Of a DNA stretch of 63,923 nt, positions 34,176 to 49,679 are shown in pieces. Made by a program: the position numbers and the translations under genes. Origin of the DNA: Negaprion brevirostris (taxonomy: Eukaryota); the NCBI GenBank assembly GCA_030324005.1, contig JARDVH010000150.1, forward strand, positions 35,880,626 to 35,944,548, given 5' to 3'. Under the pieces are notes generated by a model. The model made no database searches, was not told the DNA's origin, and worked only from the letters and a program-made list of their open reading frames with translations. Each line of letters begins with the position of its first letter. The stretch's first letter is position 1.

Positions 34176-37100
34176 GTGGGAGATCATAGCCAATTCCAAT
34201 TCTATTTTCACTTTGTAACTTTTTTTGGAAAAGAGCTGGATAAGCAGTGTTCTAAGTACAAGTTTTAAACCACTTGGACCAGGAATTTACTGGGTCTTAT
34301 CTAGCTATGGAGTTATTTGGTCTCAGTACAATCGCAGGAGTGCTCCGAAGAACTTTTGGAATTGTAGGCTAGGGTGGAAAGCCCAGCATTCATTGACTAA
34401 AAAGTGGGAATTAGATTAAGGCATGTTTGGGTTTGGTTACAATGCTTCATTCTCCTCCTTTCATGGCTTAGATTAGAATGGCTACTTGGACAAGTTGCTT
34501 GATAACACTCATGACCCATAATCAACATGAGTCAACGTGTTCAGGAGTAAGTGGCGGGGGTGGGGGGTCATCCACAAAACTTACGTAAAAATTTTGACCT
34601 CAATGCCAAATACTTTATGGAGCAAGTTGGCTATTAGATTGCTGGGGGTATGGATGATTCATCCATACAATACACCTGGATTGCAGCATAGGAATAGGCC
34701 CTTCGGCCCTCCAAGCTTGCACTGACCATGCTGCCTGACTGAAATAAAACTGTTTATCCTTCCGGGGACCATATCCCTCTATTTCCTTCTGATTCATCTA
34801 TTTGTCAAGACGCCCATTGAAAGTCACTAAATGTCATGATTGGTAATGTCAAAACTTTCAATTTTAGGTTGTAATGTTATGTTCTCCATACCTGAATTAA
34901 TGAAATGGCACAAATGCTTTTATTATTTTTGACTTCATGTGACAGCTGTCATGGATACTACAATCATCCTTGCTGAATGTGAGAACAGGATGTTAAAAAT
35001 TGGGTCAGCATTCTTGCTTCTGGTGAACTTGCTGGCAGATGTGTGTGTATCATAGGAACATCAAGTGAATACTTTATACTGTTGAAATCACAACTGAACC
35101 TAGTGTCCTGGTGCCANNNNNNNNNNNNNNNNNTCTCTCCTCCCATGCCTTAGGCTTTCAAAAAATTGCAGGATTAAACAAAAAGCTATATTTCAGTTTC
35201 AATTCAGGAGACTGATATTTGCAAATTGGCTTCTGGTGATCAAACAACTAAATGCAAATTTCTTAATCCAGCAGGAGAGCTCAAGTTATCAGAACTGGAT
35301 TTGGCAATATAGTTTGAACCAAGTACAAAATCATTACATCCACAATGACAAGTGATGGACTGACAGTATTAGGTAGTTTTCTTTTGATAAATGACTGGAT
35401 CTTGTCCAGCTGGATAGCCATTTAAGATAGAAAGGATAGTAAGCACAGGAAACATTCAAAAACCAATTCCTAAGCAGAGTGAGGTCAATGTTAGGAAATA
35501 TTATTTTCTTGAAATTTTGGCAAATATTTATTCCTTACTGTCTTTCAAAGGGAGCTGGATGAGTTCCTGGAAAAGATGGCAGCATTTTATGAACCTATCC
35601 TGAGGAAGGGTCCCATTTCCAGCTGCTGGCAGTGCACATCAGGAGACTGAGTGGAACATTATCCATCAGCAGCACATACCTCAACATTTTTTAAAGCAGC
35701 ACTAAAACCATCCTGAGCCATGGTACCACAATTAAGAAGTGACTAAAAAACTTGGTTTAAAAAGAATGCGTTGTGGGAAGATTTTTAAAGGCATTAGGTG
35801 AACAGACAGGTTTAAACAAAAAAAAACTCCACTAAATAGAACAGGCCTAAAGCAGCTGAAATCTCTGCTACCAACTTCAGGAATGTAGGAAGAGGGAATG
35901 CACAAAATAGGCCAGACTCAAAGGTCAGAAGCATGAGGAAGGAGGAGGCATATACGGAGATCATGAAATCAGGATTGAAGTTTGGCCGGCGAAGGAATTA
36001 AAGGTAAGGTCAAAAGACTTTGAATAATGCTTTGGGCACAAGGACTCAGTATAGTGACTGTGAAACCGCCTCTTACAAGCTTATCAGAAATTAGAATCAA
36101 GCACTGCTAGAAGTTATTTGCCCACTTTGCACAAAGCCCAATTTTCATGATTCTAAATGTCATGTTCCCCTGACAATATTGTATTTTAGACTGCACTATG
36201 TGGAGCACTTTTAAGTCTCCAACCTGATCCTTATAGTAAAACGTCGCAGTCAGGTCATGAATTGATGCTATAGTGCATTAAAGGAAAGCAGGTGCTCAGA
36301 AAACCATCCTATCCCACTGAGGCTAGCCCTGGAATAAAATTCCAGTGTTCCATGAGATGGATTTTCAAGTGTTTAGGCCAATTGTTAGACATTGATACAG
36401 AACAGAAATACTAAAAATGGAAAACACTGGTTAAGTGAAGGTCATCAAAAAAAAAAAGAGCCTGAGCATTATTTCAAAGAGTATTTATTCCAGTCTACAT
36501 ACTTCAGGCCTGCTGTTTTTATTCTCCACTGGACTGTACAGCAATTTTGTGCATTTTGTGAAAACTGGACATAAAAACAGTAACTTCTTATAAAAATCTG
36601 TACAGCAAGGTTCCTAAACACCCAAATACAAATTACTCCTATACAGATGACATACAATATGGAGCAATGATTTTTTAAAATAAAATCATTTTTCTATTAT
36701 GCATTTCATATTTTTGTTGAAATATAAAAACATATGTGTTGTTCCTCTNNNNNNNNNNNNNNNNNNNNNNNNNNNNNNNNNNNNNNNNNNNNNNNNNNNN
36801 NNNNNNNNNNNNNNNNNNNNNNNNNNNNNNNNNNNNNNNNNNNNNNNNTGGAACAATGATGTTTTAAAATAAAATCATTTTTCTATTATGCATTTCATAT
36901 TTTTGTTGAAATATAAAAACATATGTGTTGTTCCTCTTTTGGGAACATTTTTGCTGCAGGTCATCCAGACAGTTGTGATTTGTCCACCATGTCTGTCTGG
37001 TCTGGCATCTTGATATTATACCGTTACTGGAAAATGCAAATGTCAAGAAGTTGAACAATGCTAACTTGGCTTAAAACAAAAGCTAATGTTTTTTCTTTAA

Positions 37101-40100
37101 TTCTATTATTCATTAGGAGTCAGGATTGTCAGATCCAATCATTCATGTTGTAGATAAGAATAAATGAGCAAATATCAGACTACTGAGATCAGAGCCTGTA
37201 GTCAGTTCATTGGCAAGGCTCATATGCAACCAAGCAGCATAGATTAAAAGCACAAAGAGGACTGTATTTACCTGTTTCAACTTACAGAGGAATGCACTTC
37301 TTCAAATCGTAGAATGCAACAGTGAGTATCACATTCTTGCCACCCTGTTTCCTTACACTCAGCTTCCAGGCTTTACAAGATATGAATTTACTGGGTCACA
37401 ATTGTAATTTCTTTTATATGTACCTTTTATCCATTAGAGGCAACAGTTGTGGTAACCACTCTTTATGATCTTTCAGGGCCTCAACATCAAACTGGTCTAT
37501 TGTTAAAGTATGTACCAAACATGTCAACTGCCTGATTTCTCCACACATCTGAGCTGATTAATTCTATGCTTCCAGTGTTTCCTGTTTAGTTTAAAATAGA
37601 ATCCAGTTCCCTAAACTTCTTGGGCCAGTTTCCAGACAAGGCCCACAAGTCACTTTTAACATTCCAAATTGGATTCAAAATAATATAGAAAATTTAGGTT
37701 TGGTTTTATTTAAGTACCTTATCCTATGTTTCCTAATCCAAGAATTCAGGAATACTGACCTGGGAAACTGTTAAACTAAAGCCTATTGGTCAAATGTAAA
37801 CCCCAAGACTCATCAAGTTGAGTCAACCATGCTTTAGTTTATGTTGATTGGCTGGCATCCAGCATGTAATCCTGGAGATTTGAAAAGGACTTTTTAAGCA
37901 CTGTTGCCACAACATTGGATAAATATTAATCTGAACACCAAGGTCTATTACTCTTAGCAACTTCAAATATACATAGGTTAAGGGGAAAAGATAGATTTAA
38001 ATTTTATGTTTGACCTCCTAAAGATTCATTCTAACTCATAAGTTATTATGAATACCTCAGACTCTCCTCACTTATGACCAAAAAAAGCTAATTACAACCT
38101 GACTTCCATCATGCCATCCTCATTCATTACTTAGGAACAGAATTTAAGTCTTCCTTTAGCTGCAAATTTGCAGTGGATGGGGAGGGAGGGGGATGCAGTG
38201 GACAGTTGACAGTGACCAATACCACATTTATTTCCACAAATTCAACTAATCTGATCCCCTAACCACTGGCAAGATAATGACTGAAGCCAACAACAATTAC
38301 TCATTGATTTTTGATCCAGTACAACCTACATTTGTATTAGCCAGGGGTCAGCTTTCTTCTGCCTGCTTTGAAACCTGTTTTGAGAAGTCTAGGCCAGTGG
38401 TTCCCAACCGGTGTGCCATGAAAAAAGATTCAAAATGATTAAAAATTAATGTAATTNNNNNNNNNNNNNNNNNNNNNNNNNNNNNNNNNNNNNNNNNNNN
38501 NNNNNNNNNNNNNNNNNNNNNNNNNNNNNNNNNNNNNNNNNNNNNNNNNNNNNNNNCAAAATGATTAAAAATTAATGTAATTAAACTAAAACTAACTGCC
38601 ACCTTTAGCCCTGTAGTCACCTTCTCAAAGACCCGATGAACCTCAGGTCTTCTGCGCTGGTTAGGAAAGAGCTGCAGATGTGCGGTTGAGATTTTTTTCT
38701 GTTGGTCAGGCCCATGACCAACAGGACTTGCAACTGAAGACAAAGGTCCCATGCCCCCACACAAAAAGCAAAGGCTCAAAAAGGGTGCAAAACGCTGGTT
38801 GAAGTGAGAGAGACAGAAGTAAAAACTGGCATATGCTGTTCTGAAAATCACAATGTTGAAACCATGCCAATATTTTGTACCTATAACATATAGCTAATGT
38901 CTAGATATGAGATTAGCATTATGCTTAAACTTCTGTCCTGCACTCCACCCTTCTTTCTTTTTTTTAAAAAAGTTGCACTTTTTTCTCATACTTCTTTCTT
39001 ACCTGAAGTAATACTACTCAAAATATTAATAAAAGCAAAATACTGCAGATCTGACGTAAGAAAAAATACTGGAAAACCTCATAATTGGGAAGTATCCGTG
39101 GAGAGACAGTCAATACTCGTGCTGATGACCATTTCAAAATATTCAATCTNNNNNNNNNNNNNNNNNNNNNNNNNNNNNNNNNNNNNNNAGGAAATCAAGA
39201 ATCCCTTTGTATAGTTTACATTTATATTGTATTGTTTACGTTTTTCCCAGTCAATGGCCCAGGTTTTGCAGTAGCTGGAACTGAAGCTTTCAGAGCACGT
39301 TATCATGGTAGGAATTGGGTTTTTGGCATACCCTCACGCACAGTATAACATGGAAATCCGTCTTTCTCAATTCTCTCTGGATTTCTGCCCACACTGTCAT
39401 TGCAAATGGAAGCTGAAAATGGCCCCAAAAAGTCTTTTGCTAAAGGGTAGTTTGGAGAAAATAGGTGTGCCTCAAAAATATTTTGATAGTATAGAGGTGT
39501 GCCTTAACATATAAAAGGTTGGAAACCATTGGCCTAGGCTTCAATTTCCGTTTACTATGTAAATGATTGACAATTGACTCCAGTTGTCTTAATCAATAGA
39601 CCATAACTTGCAGTTATTAGTCTACTTCACTCATGGAAATGCTGTTTTCCCACTGACTGAAATAAAAATACTGTTTACTTCAGCATCCTTGTCTCTGGGT
39701 CAGAAATTATTGAGCTAGGCACTTAACTCCAGAGCAAGACTTCAGTGCTATGAGAAAAGTGCTGCTCCATCAGATGTAATCTATTGATTATGATCTACCA
39801 ATGTTTTTCCCTGTCTGCCTACTTATGCATGTAAAAGATCCCCAGGCGATACTTGAAGAGGAGAGTGCTCTTCACTGTCCTGGCCAACATTTATCCCTCA
39901 AACCATCATCACCAAAAATAAGTAATTTCATCATGTTAATTTGTGTCTTTGCTTTGGGCAAATTGACTGTGAAGGCCATCTATAACGAAAGTATATTTTA
40001 GAAAGATCCACTGCTTATAAAGCACTAAACAAATGCAACGTATCACCTGTTTTGAGGTGGACCGTCCCCAGCAAAGAATTCTGTACCAACTGGTAACTCC

Positions 40101-40645
40101 TGCATATTAAACAACAGCAGACATGATACCACTAGTTCTTGGTACCAATTCAATTACGCAATTTCAATTTGCATTTTTAGAATAAATAATTGAAAAGAAT
40201 TGCCACTGATTAATTCAGTTAAATATTGTGTTGGAATACATAACTAAATTGGCACCAAGAACTGGACACAATAGTGTATCTTTCAACTTCTGTAGTTTAC
40301 CAACATAGCTGAACAGAAAATTAATAGACAAGTCTAATATAATACAGGTTTGGCTGAATAATGGTAACTGTCACCTTCTAAATACTATCCTCCCTCTGAT
40401 CTCGACCTTTCCAAATTCAGAATGGGCCAAACTGTAATCATTATACAAACAGACCTTGTGTCTGCATCTTGAAATACATACCTAACTTCTTAGATGAGTA
40501 ATCAAAATAGGTGGAAGGGGGCAAAAATAGGCATCCAGATACGCGGGATTAATTTCCTAAAATTGATAAATAAAGATACAGCCAATTATACAACTCGAAT
40601 AAGACACAATTATGATCTTAGGCTGCTTATTGGTCAGTACCACAA

Positions 40646-40658
40646 GGCCCTCTAGCGG
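40646..40658 (-). promoter_or_regulatory. Candidate CTCF site
   Basis: Minus strand CCGCTAGAGGGCC matches the CTCF core CCRSYAGRKGGC in AT-rich unique sequence. Confidence 0.5.
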
Positions 40659-43600
40659 TGGAAGTAACGCACAATGTTAGGAGTCACAAGATATCTCGAA
40701 TGAATAGGTTAATTTGCGGGATTAAAATACTAATTTAATCAAATCATCCATGCAGCTTTTATGACGGTAAACACAAATTGTGATGCTTTGTAAAAGCAGC
40801 ACATTATTCGTGGAGAATCTCATTTTTATCAGCTGCTAGAGAAAAGGCACAGAGCAGTAGGAAGCAGGTGAATGCCTCAATGTAATTGCACACAGGCACT
40901 AATGAGCCAGGCTTAAGGACATTGGAAATTGTTCCTATAATAAACACAAAAACTGGACTAATATCAGCACAGGCCTGTTCTCATTGCTGGATATAGATTC
41001 TCTTTAAATTCAATAAAAACTCTGGTCATCATCTAGCTCAGAGGTTCAAATGTCTATTGCAGGGATACTCTTGCCAGAAACTGTTATATATGATCGGGGA
41101 TAAATACTTATGGTGCATTAATGACCCACAAAATGAAATATCTGATGTCTTAGAGCTACATTAAGCTGGCACCTCCTCTGAGTTTCTCCTGACCCTCAAT
41201 CACCAAAACCTTTAGCAACTCTGATATAATTAATGAAGATTCATACTTAGTGCACAGGGTACAGGAGTAAAACTACAATTCCCAATGACCTCTTATCCCA
41301 TGCAAAAGGAAATAAAGCTAACAGCCAACATTTAATCTGCAGATTAAGGGTAATTACTGCTAATGTACACTATAAATCTGAGGTGACAGAAGTCAAGTAT
41401 TTTCCACAGCTCTTGAAATCCTGCTGAGGGTGTTCTGATCAGTATACAGTGGTCATGGCACTGATCATTGCCAGTGAGGCTTCATACTACATTCAAGGCA
41501 GAATTAGGTACATTTCCTACAAACACTAGTACAACTCAAACAAAATACAAATCCATACATTGAAATCACAAGGAACAATGGAATTTTAAAAATATTGCAT
41601 TAAGTTCCACAGAAACTATGAACTAATTGTAATGCATTAGTCTGTGGGAAAGAAAACATTGCACAGTTGGTCTAAGTGATATCAAAGTATCTTGCACAAA
41701 TCTCCAAAGGGGCAAGGACACATTTAGCAATGAAGTGAATCCATATATAGTAGACTCATCTGGTCTTGAAAAGTTGGAAATGCTGACTGCATTCCTCTGA
41801 AATGCAAGGACACTCCTGATGTGAATCACAGCTTCTGTAAAATCAGTGTAAACCATGTAAATCTTGTCACTATAGTGATTTGAACTATGAAACCATGACT
41901 GAAAGCGCTGCATCGTTTAAAGTATTTGTTCCTGTAGTTGGACCTATGCTTAGTTATCTCAATTAAAAGTTTAATTTCAAATGTTATTCTTTGTATTATG
42001 CATCACAATTGAATAGCTTGCTCTCAATGGAACTGAAAGCAATTTTAAATGCCCAATTTTGAGATAATAATTTGCAGATGAATGAAGCAGTGAAAGCATA
42101 CAATGCGAACTTAATTTCTAGTTAAGCTTCTATCACTTTTTCCCAGATTTCACTGTACTTAAACTAGACATACCAACAAGAATATTCAGACACAAGTGTG
42201 TATTTTGGCTGATCACAAGCACAGGCCCATAACAGAACCAATTAAATCTGATTTGAACTATTGGCGACATCATGGCATAAGCATAAATATGATCAATTGA
42301 TGAGGTCATTTTCCACTCCAACAATCTGATATTGGAGCGAAGCTTATATCGCAAGAAAAAAAATCAAGAACCTTTAGAAATCCTTTCTATTTCAAACCCT
42401 TGAGTTTAATGCTTTTAGACCACTCAAGGCAGTCAAGTGATACATAACTTAGTTCAATTTTTAAAACCTGAAAGGAAAAAAACATGAACACTATTTTCCT
42501 TCAGACTGTGCGGAAAAGCAAATCAAGAGCTCAGTCAGACTCATCTTTTAAAACAGAATCAAACATAATTTAATATTGGTGAGAAAATAAATTAAGTACA
42601 AAAATGTTTAATAACTTAAAACAACCTTCTGGCTTTGTAGCAAACTAAAATAAAGCAACAGCATTTAAACATTTACATCCACCAACTCACAGTACACATT
42701 AAGCCTAGGCACTTCTACCTTGCCAGGAACTACACTTTGTACTGAATTAATGAAAATAATTCATACTAGCTGCCATGCAATACTTAACTCTTTAAAAAAA
42801 AGTAACATACAACTTTAAAATACATTACACTCGCCCCTCCTTTTTGGCTAGATCTCAAAATTGATGATCAATTTCCCTGGGTACTCTGGACAACATCCAG
42901 TCTCTGTTTTGTACAACTTTTCCAATCCCTGGAATATTCCCAGTGCTTCTTGCAGCCTCACTTGAATGACTCAATTTTTCAATGCTTTTAGTGCTGAATA
43001 TTCAAGTAAGTAAGTAGCATTATTAAATACAAGGTAGTTTAACTTGCAGTAGCTGTCATATCGTCTCATGTCATGTATGTTATGGCGTTAAATTATGGAA
43101 TGTCTTAACATGCTTGTACTGTCTAGCTCCAGAGCTTTTGTTCAAACTATACTAAGGAACAGGAAATTCAGTATGAATATTTGTTCCACCTTAAAGAAAT
43201 CCTTTCAGATTTTATCTCTTTTATATTACAAGCTTTCAGTTCAGCTCAAGTACAAAAAATAACCATCCGAAATGTAAATTTATCCCCATGTCCATTGTGC
43301 ATAGAACACTTGGAGCCAATTTAAAAACTGTCTCAGGTGTACACGTATCTGAATCAGGCTAGAAACAATGAGATTCAAATCCCCATTTGCTTCCTTGCCT
43401 GATTGCACATGCCAGTGCATTCATCAGAACTTGTGGTATGGTACCACACAACATGTACTGTTTAAGGCAAAGTACAAAACTAGTGTGATTAATTTAAATT
43501 AGACCAATACATTCAGCATTCAAATCGAAACTATAAAAGATTTTTCTTTTGCAACTTTACAGTAACTATTCAGTTATCTGCATCATGGCTCATTAAAAAA

Positions 43601-45473
43601 AAGAGAAATTGAGTACTCTGCTTCCACAAGAAATTTAAATAGCTGTCTGTAAGCATAGCTATAATCTAGGATTAAAAATATTAGTGCAACTTAAAAACTG
43701 TTTGGACCATTTTTACAGAATTTTGACAGTTGACTAAAAATCAAATTTTGATAAAAGCTTCAACTTCTGAATTCTGGTGTTTCAACTAAAAAATCCACCT
43801 ACACCTCAGATTCTAAAATACCCAATTCGTTACACTACACTGCATGTACATAATTTAATAAAAGATAGTTACAAAGGAAAACAAAAAGCAGCTCCTAAAT
43901 GCACACTTTCTCCAGATGAGATAGTTGCAATAAGGTCAAGGATTTAAAGTGGCTGGGATAATGCAATTACAAGTCAGCTTTACCTAACTGTAACATCACA
44001 TAGTTGGCTATTTGTGTATAGCTGTGCATATACAAGGGGGAACCTAGGTATTCAAAGTTGCTACAGGGCTACTCTTTTAAAGTGCTGTTCATTTACTCTA
44101 TATAAAAAAGCATGTTTCATATTTAAGTGGTCCTTCATGCTAAAGATAATTCTAAATTAAATCACAAACTAAAAGGGATGCCTACTATAGTAAATATAAA
44201 GCATTTCATTCTTGTTAGAGATGCAAGGATTGTATAGCATCAATTTTTTAAACATTTATCACCTTGCACCTTCAGCAGGTTATGGGGTTAGAACTGTCAC
44301 AGTCTGAATTTTGAGTTCAGTAAGTTGTGTGTAGACAAATTACACACATGCAGGATTAAAAAGGCCTTCAACATAAAGGTTGCAGCATTTCTGTTGACTC
44401 TTGATGTTGGATTCAAGTTAAGTGCATGAAGCCTACTGCATTTTGCCAATATATTAACCTGAGGCTCCCATTAACAGCTATACAAGCACAGCCCAGGGAA
44501 CAGAATCTAGTTAAGCCAACATCAAATCTAAAAGTATTCTGCAGATGACACTATGACTGAATATATTTCACACTTTTAGTCATAGAAATATTTAATATAT
44601 AAAATAAAAAAAAGGCAACCAAAGTAAATGAAAGGCCCAGCGCTGCTGCTAACCTAACAAGCTGTATAGGAAACTCCATAAATCACTGAACACACCTGTG
44701 ATTTGGCATGTTGTTTCGAGAGCTAGTGCTCATAATTATCACTTGGTCCCATTTTTATTCTTAATGTCATTTAGGTTGTCATACGAAGCCTTCACTACTC
44801 TCAGCTTGGGGGGGAGAGAGAGGAGCGGGGAGAATGGTTACAAACATCTACTAGTGATGCTCCCAATTCAGTTATTGAAGGCTTTTAATATCCACTGGTC
44901 CTGTCTCCATTCCACTTACTTAGGTTGGGATGGATGGATCTAACATTCACTAGTATTTCTCTCTTCACAGAAGTAGCTGATAAAATTTTCAGGTCTGACT
45001 TGATATCCACCTGTGTTCTCTCCTCTTGTTAAACATCCATCACATTAAAGGTACACGAAAACGCATATAACGCAGGCAGGCTAACACCTGATTTCATCTT
45101 GGGATCAGGAAAAACTACTCATTCTATGGAAGTCAGGCACTCTCTTCCAAAACCTGCAAATCAGTACTCTTTCTTTCACAATCTTAGATATTCCTTTAAT
45201 AGCAAATCACAGGATAAATAAAATCTACTCAATGTTGAATGGCGCAAAACAGTGGTGAGAGAATGGGCCTCTATATTAAAAAGACCATCTTAATTAAATG
45301 TTTTAACAGACACTTAGATGTCAAAGTGAAAATGCAATAATATCTATCACTCAGAAACAGTGGAAACCATAAACCTCAACGACTTTTCCTTGTTTGATTC
45401 CACCCAAAATATGTAAGACTTCACAGAATAAGTATACTAGTTAAGATCAAGTGGGAATGACCAAAAGATAACA

Positions 45474-45495
45474 TTTATTGTAAACTAACTTTATT
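45474..45495 (-). terminator. Candidate distal ELAVL1 poly(A) signals (tandem AATAAA)
   Basis: TTTATT at 45474-45479 and 45490-45495 on plus; would give a ~5.3-kb 3' UTR. Confidence 0.4.
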
Positions 45496-48400
45496 TTCAA
45501 ATATAATTGACCTGAAATGCTGGAACTCAAGTTTCCAAATGGGTGGCTAAATTTTTCAGAATACAAATATATATTGCTGTAGCAATTGAGCAATACACAA
45601 TCGCTCCAATAAAATTACTAGATCAGAAGTAATCTCTTTTTCGTCAGTTTTTTGCTCCTTTGTTTCTGAAGAAAATGAAGGCTTGCTGGTGTGGTACCAT
45701 ATATCCTCCAGCAATTAGCCTATATAGCCATTATTTATGTGAGCCTTGTCAATGGAGGGGAGGGGGGGCGGGCGGGCGGCGCGGTGGTAAAAGGAGGGAA
45801 AGGGAAATACCAAAACAAAGAGATCTTAGCCGAATATATCCTATCCTCATTTCCATCGGGGGTCTTTGTATTGGAATCAGGAGCGCAAACAGCGACTAAT
45901 TTTCCCTCACCTAAGAGCACTAAGGCCAACTGCCACATACTCAATTATCATGGCTGAGACCAGCTAACTTAGCAGGGATCAGAATTCAAGTCAGAGGCCT
46001 TCCTCATTTCTATTCTTAGTTACTTATTATGTAAATTCACTGAGCTGCTGACTTTGATTGCAAAAAACATCATAATATGTCCCCAAATTGCTGAAAATAA
46101 TGCACATAATCTAGTTTAGGTATCAAATTGGATGAGGAAAGTAGAAAACTATTCCAAAATGAATATACAGCAGATGCAATTAAAACTGAAGATCTGTTTA
46201 CTGGAATTCAGACAATATATAAACCGATATTGTCTCTAGGAGACAATGTATAAACCTATGTCATGCAAGATAAATTTGTTACTTTGCCTGCACCTTTCCC
46301 AGTTAAAATATTGTCAACTGGAAACAGAGTTCTCTGCCTTCAGTGAACTAAAACAACTGCACGTAACTTGAATGGGCAAGTAGTGTTTTAACTTCTGCAA
46401 TTTGTCCTTTTCTAAAATACATCCACAATGTATCACAAAGCTTCACAAACTGTACTTTTGAAAGACATGAATAATACTGACATGACCTACAGGTGCTCTT
46501 TTTGGAGGTGGCAAAAGTCAAATTCTGCTAAGAGTTCAAAATCTAAGGCAGCGATGATCAGCCTAATTTTCAAAAAGGGCAATCTGGAAAAATTGAACAC
46601 TAGAGTGATGCATAGGATCATGCATTATATTTTCAATCTGTAGCATGCTTTTACTAGAATTCCTCACTTTGTGCAGTTCTTTTACAGCAGATTACAAACT
46701 AGGAAATACCACACTAAATCCAGCTATGTGAAGCTATATTTTCAGAGCTTCTGTCAAGAGATTCTGGTCAGCATTATCTGAACTTACTAACCTACAAGTG
46801 GTAACATTCAATTGTCATGAGCCAATTTTACTGGTAGAGTTTAATTGATTAAGATTTCAAATATCCAGTCCAGGTGTTTGAACATAAATTACTGATGTCC
46901 AATTATAACTTTTTGGGAAACATAACTTTTGTTTACATGGGGCTTAGCAATCATTTGCAATAGTGTACATGTGCAAAGTAAAGGAATGTTGACTATTAAT
47001 TAGGCCTCTTCAAAATGTATTTTACAGTTCTATTTTACAAATCCAATAATACAAAAACAGTTTCGTGAGAACCAATGAATAGGAAGATAAATTATTTAGA
47101 TGTGCTTTTAAAAACTGTCCAAGTTATTTCAGATATCACCCATGTTCTTCTGATAATGTCACTAAGACAAAGAAACCATAAACTCTCATGTTACAGGTTT
47201 TGAAATTGAAAATTACATTATATTCACACTGGAAGTATGTTTCTTTCTTTGGTGGTGGGCAGGAGCACAGGTTGGAAGGTAAGAAGAAAAGGCAAAGAAA
47301 TATAGGTAGGGATTTTTTCTGGAAGCATTAAGTAGGAGAAATGCGCACCCTGAAATCTTAATTTAAAAAGACGTACAACTGGGAGATGGGGGAGGAGGAA
47401 GAATATGGTATTAATTGCAGCCACCTTGTTGATTCCTTAATTAAACTGAAAAGATTTTAAGCTGGTGAAAAACATTCTATAGCTACACTTACATCAATTG
47501 CAGGATTTAAAAAAAACTATAAGAGGCAACAATTGTGTGTGCATCTGTTTTTGGGGTGGGGGGGGTTAGGTTGGAATAACTAATTAGGACAGTAATAAAT
47601 TAGAAGAGCTAACATACAGATATCCCCTGCAATCCAGGAATCAATGCAGACAAAATCATTATGACTCGTACCTTTTCATAAAAGACAACTGATCTGTTGT
47701 GAATCACTACCAGGAGATGCAACCCTAGTTCTTCACTACGAAAAATATTTATAATTAATCCTATTGAGACAAGGCATCAACGCTTTCCTACATCACCATC
47801 CAAAAAATCAAATTGTGGGCATAAAGCAGAGCAGGCCAGAGAATGACAAGTTGCAGATCAGTGCGATATCTGTAATGAGAATGCCATCTCAGTTTGTGTT
47901 TTTGAAAAAGTGCAGCAGAATTGCTTTTATACACATCACACTGCGTAGGCTAATGCAGTATTAGACAGAATCCAATTCATATTAGCTAGATGCTGTGCTG
48001 TAAATAAGCAGAGAGCAAGTATGAATTATGAATGAAGATAGGTGCAAGTTAAATCCACTTGGTTTAACTGTCAAACTAAAGTGTGCTGAATGGGAGGACA
48101 AAGGAGCAATGGTTGTGACAGGTGTCCAACCGTAATTGCACATTACCCTTCAGCTGGAAACATACATCACCAGTCCTCTAGTCACAAATTAAATTAATAG
48201 TTGACCATTCACTAGTTAGCAAGTAGAATTATTGGTTTGTCATTACAGACAAACTGGCCTAGAAATCAACTAAAGAAAAAAAAAATCAGGTATCAAAAGC
48301 TTTATCATTTCAATCACACAAAATACCAAAAGCAACTTTTGTCACATATCATATTTGTGGCAAAGTATGCTGTTGAGTATTACAAAGTGCTAGCAAAAAT

Positions 48401-49679
48401 CACTCTTTAAACATAAACTTGATTTTACTAGAAAAAGTAAACTCTCAAACAAATGCACAAGCTGTCAGCCAGATTCGATTTTCACAATAGGGTTTTCTTA
48501 CATACATGTTCTGAAAATGGTTGAGTAACTGAGCACATTTAATTAGTTGAATAATAAATCAATTTATAATAGTGAATAATTAGCTCTGAACCAAATTAAA
48601 GTCAGATTGTGATGAAAATCTACACACACAATCACATAGATAATCCAACTGCTTTGTTATTCTCCTCTGCAGACTATTCCTAATTATTTCAGATACAAAT
48701 TACGTCTCAAATATTATTTCTTGTGTGGAAAACTTCTATTTTCCACTAGAATGTAACCGATACTCAGGAAATAGCATTGAAGTAAATTCTGAAATATTAC
48801 CATAATCAATCTGTTCTCTGAATAAGACTGAACTGCATCTAGCACTGGAAACTACAATGTGCCAGGCAATGCTAGGTGAAAAAGCACCTTCAAGTGAAAA
48901 ATGAGAACCTTATATCAGGCGTTACGGCTTTTAGCTTCCTGAAATTGCAATTTCTCTACAATTTTGCAAAATTCAAAATGTATGGTATACAAAAAATTAA
49001 GTACATTATCTTTCAGCTTCTTTGAGAGATTAAAGAGCTGAGGAATGAGGAACAGTCATCTGCAAGTCCACTTTGCTAAACTATTCATATATTCAGATAC
49101 TCCAAAAACATTCACAAATCATATTCTGGTGTTTTAAACGAAGCGCACTTGGCCAAAAAGAAAGTGGCCCAAAATAAACGGAACATTTGGTATCAGCTCC
49201 CTTTGCCATAGGTTTGAGGCTAAGTATGAGTGCGCATTTACCATGGGCCCAAGAAGTTTAATTTCCTCAACCACTATTCATAATCATGCACTAAACGTAA
49301 GCAATACAACTTCACTTCCCTCCTTGCAACCTGTCTCAATTCAAACAGGACCAGTGGATTTGTGTCTGCATTCAATTTTGACAAAGATTTAAAAGCCGGC
49401 TACAGCTAACTGTCCACTGAAGGTTCAAGTCTGGTTAATTTATTTAAAAGCTCACCCGTTAGGATACAAAACTTTCCACTCAAAATCCCCTGCTAGCACT
49501 CCTGTAAAAAGTTTGTTTATAAAAATAGATGCTCTGTGAAGCCCATTTCAGCATAAGGTTGTAAAACTCTTTGGCAGGGTACCTAAAAATCAGGTGCCTG
49601 TCTGCACACTGGCCCCTCAATCCCTACTCTTAATTTTAAAACAAAATTTTGAAGCGCTAAACAGCAAATGAACTTTAAA

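Noticed and set aside
35252-40174. Octamer motifs at 35252, 37034 and 40167 as an Ig 3' enhancer
   Set aside because: Widely spaced, and as many occur in ELAVL1 exon/intron sequence at 54.7-57 kb; compatible with chance in AT-rich DNA.
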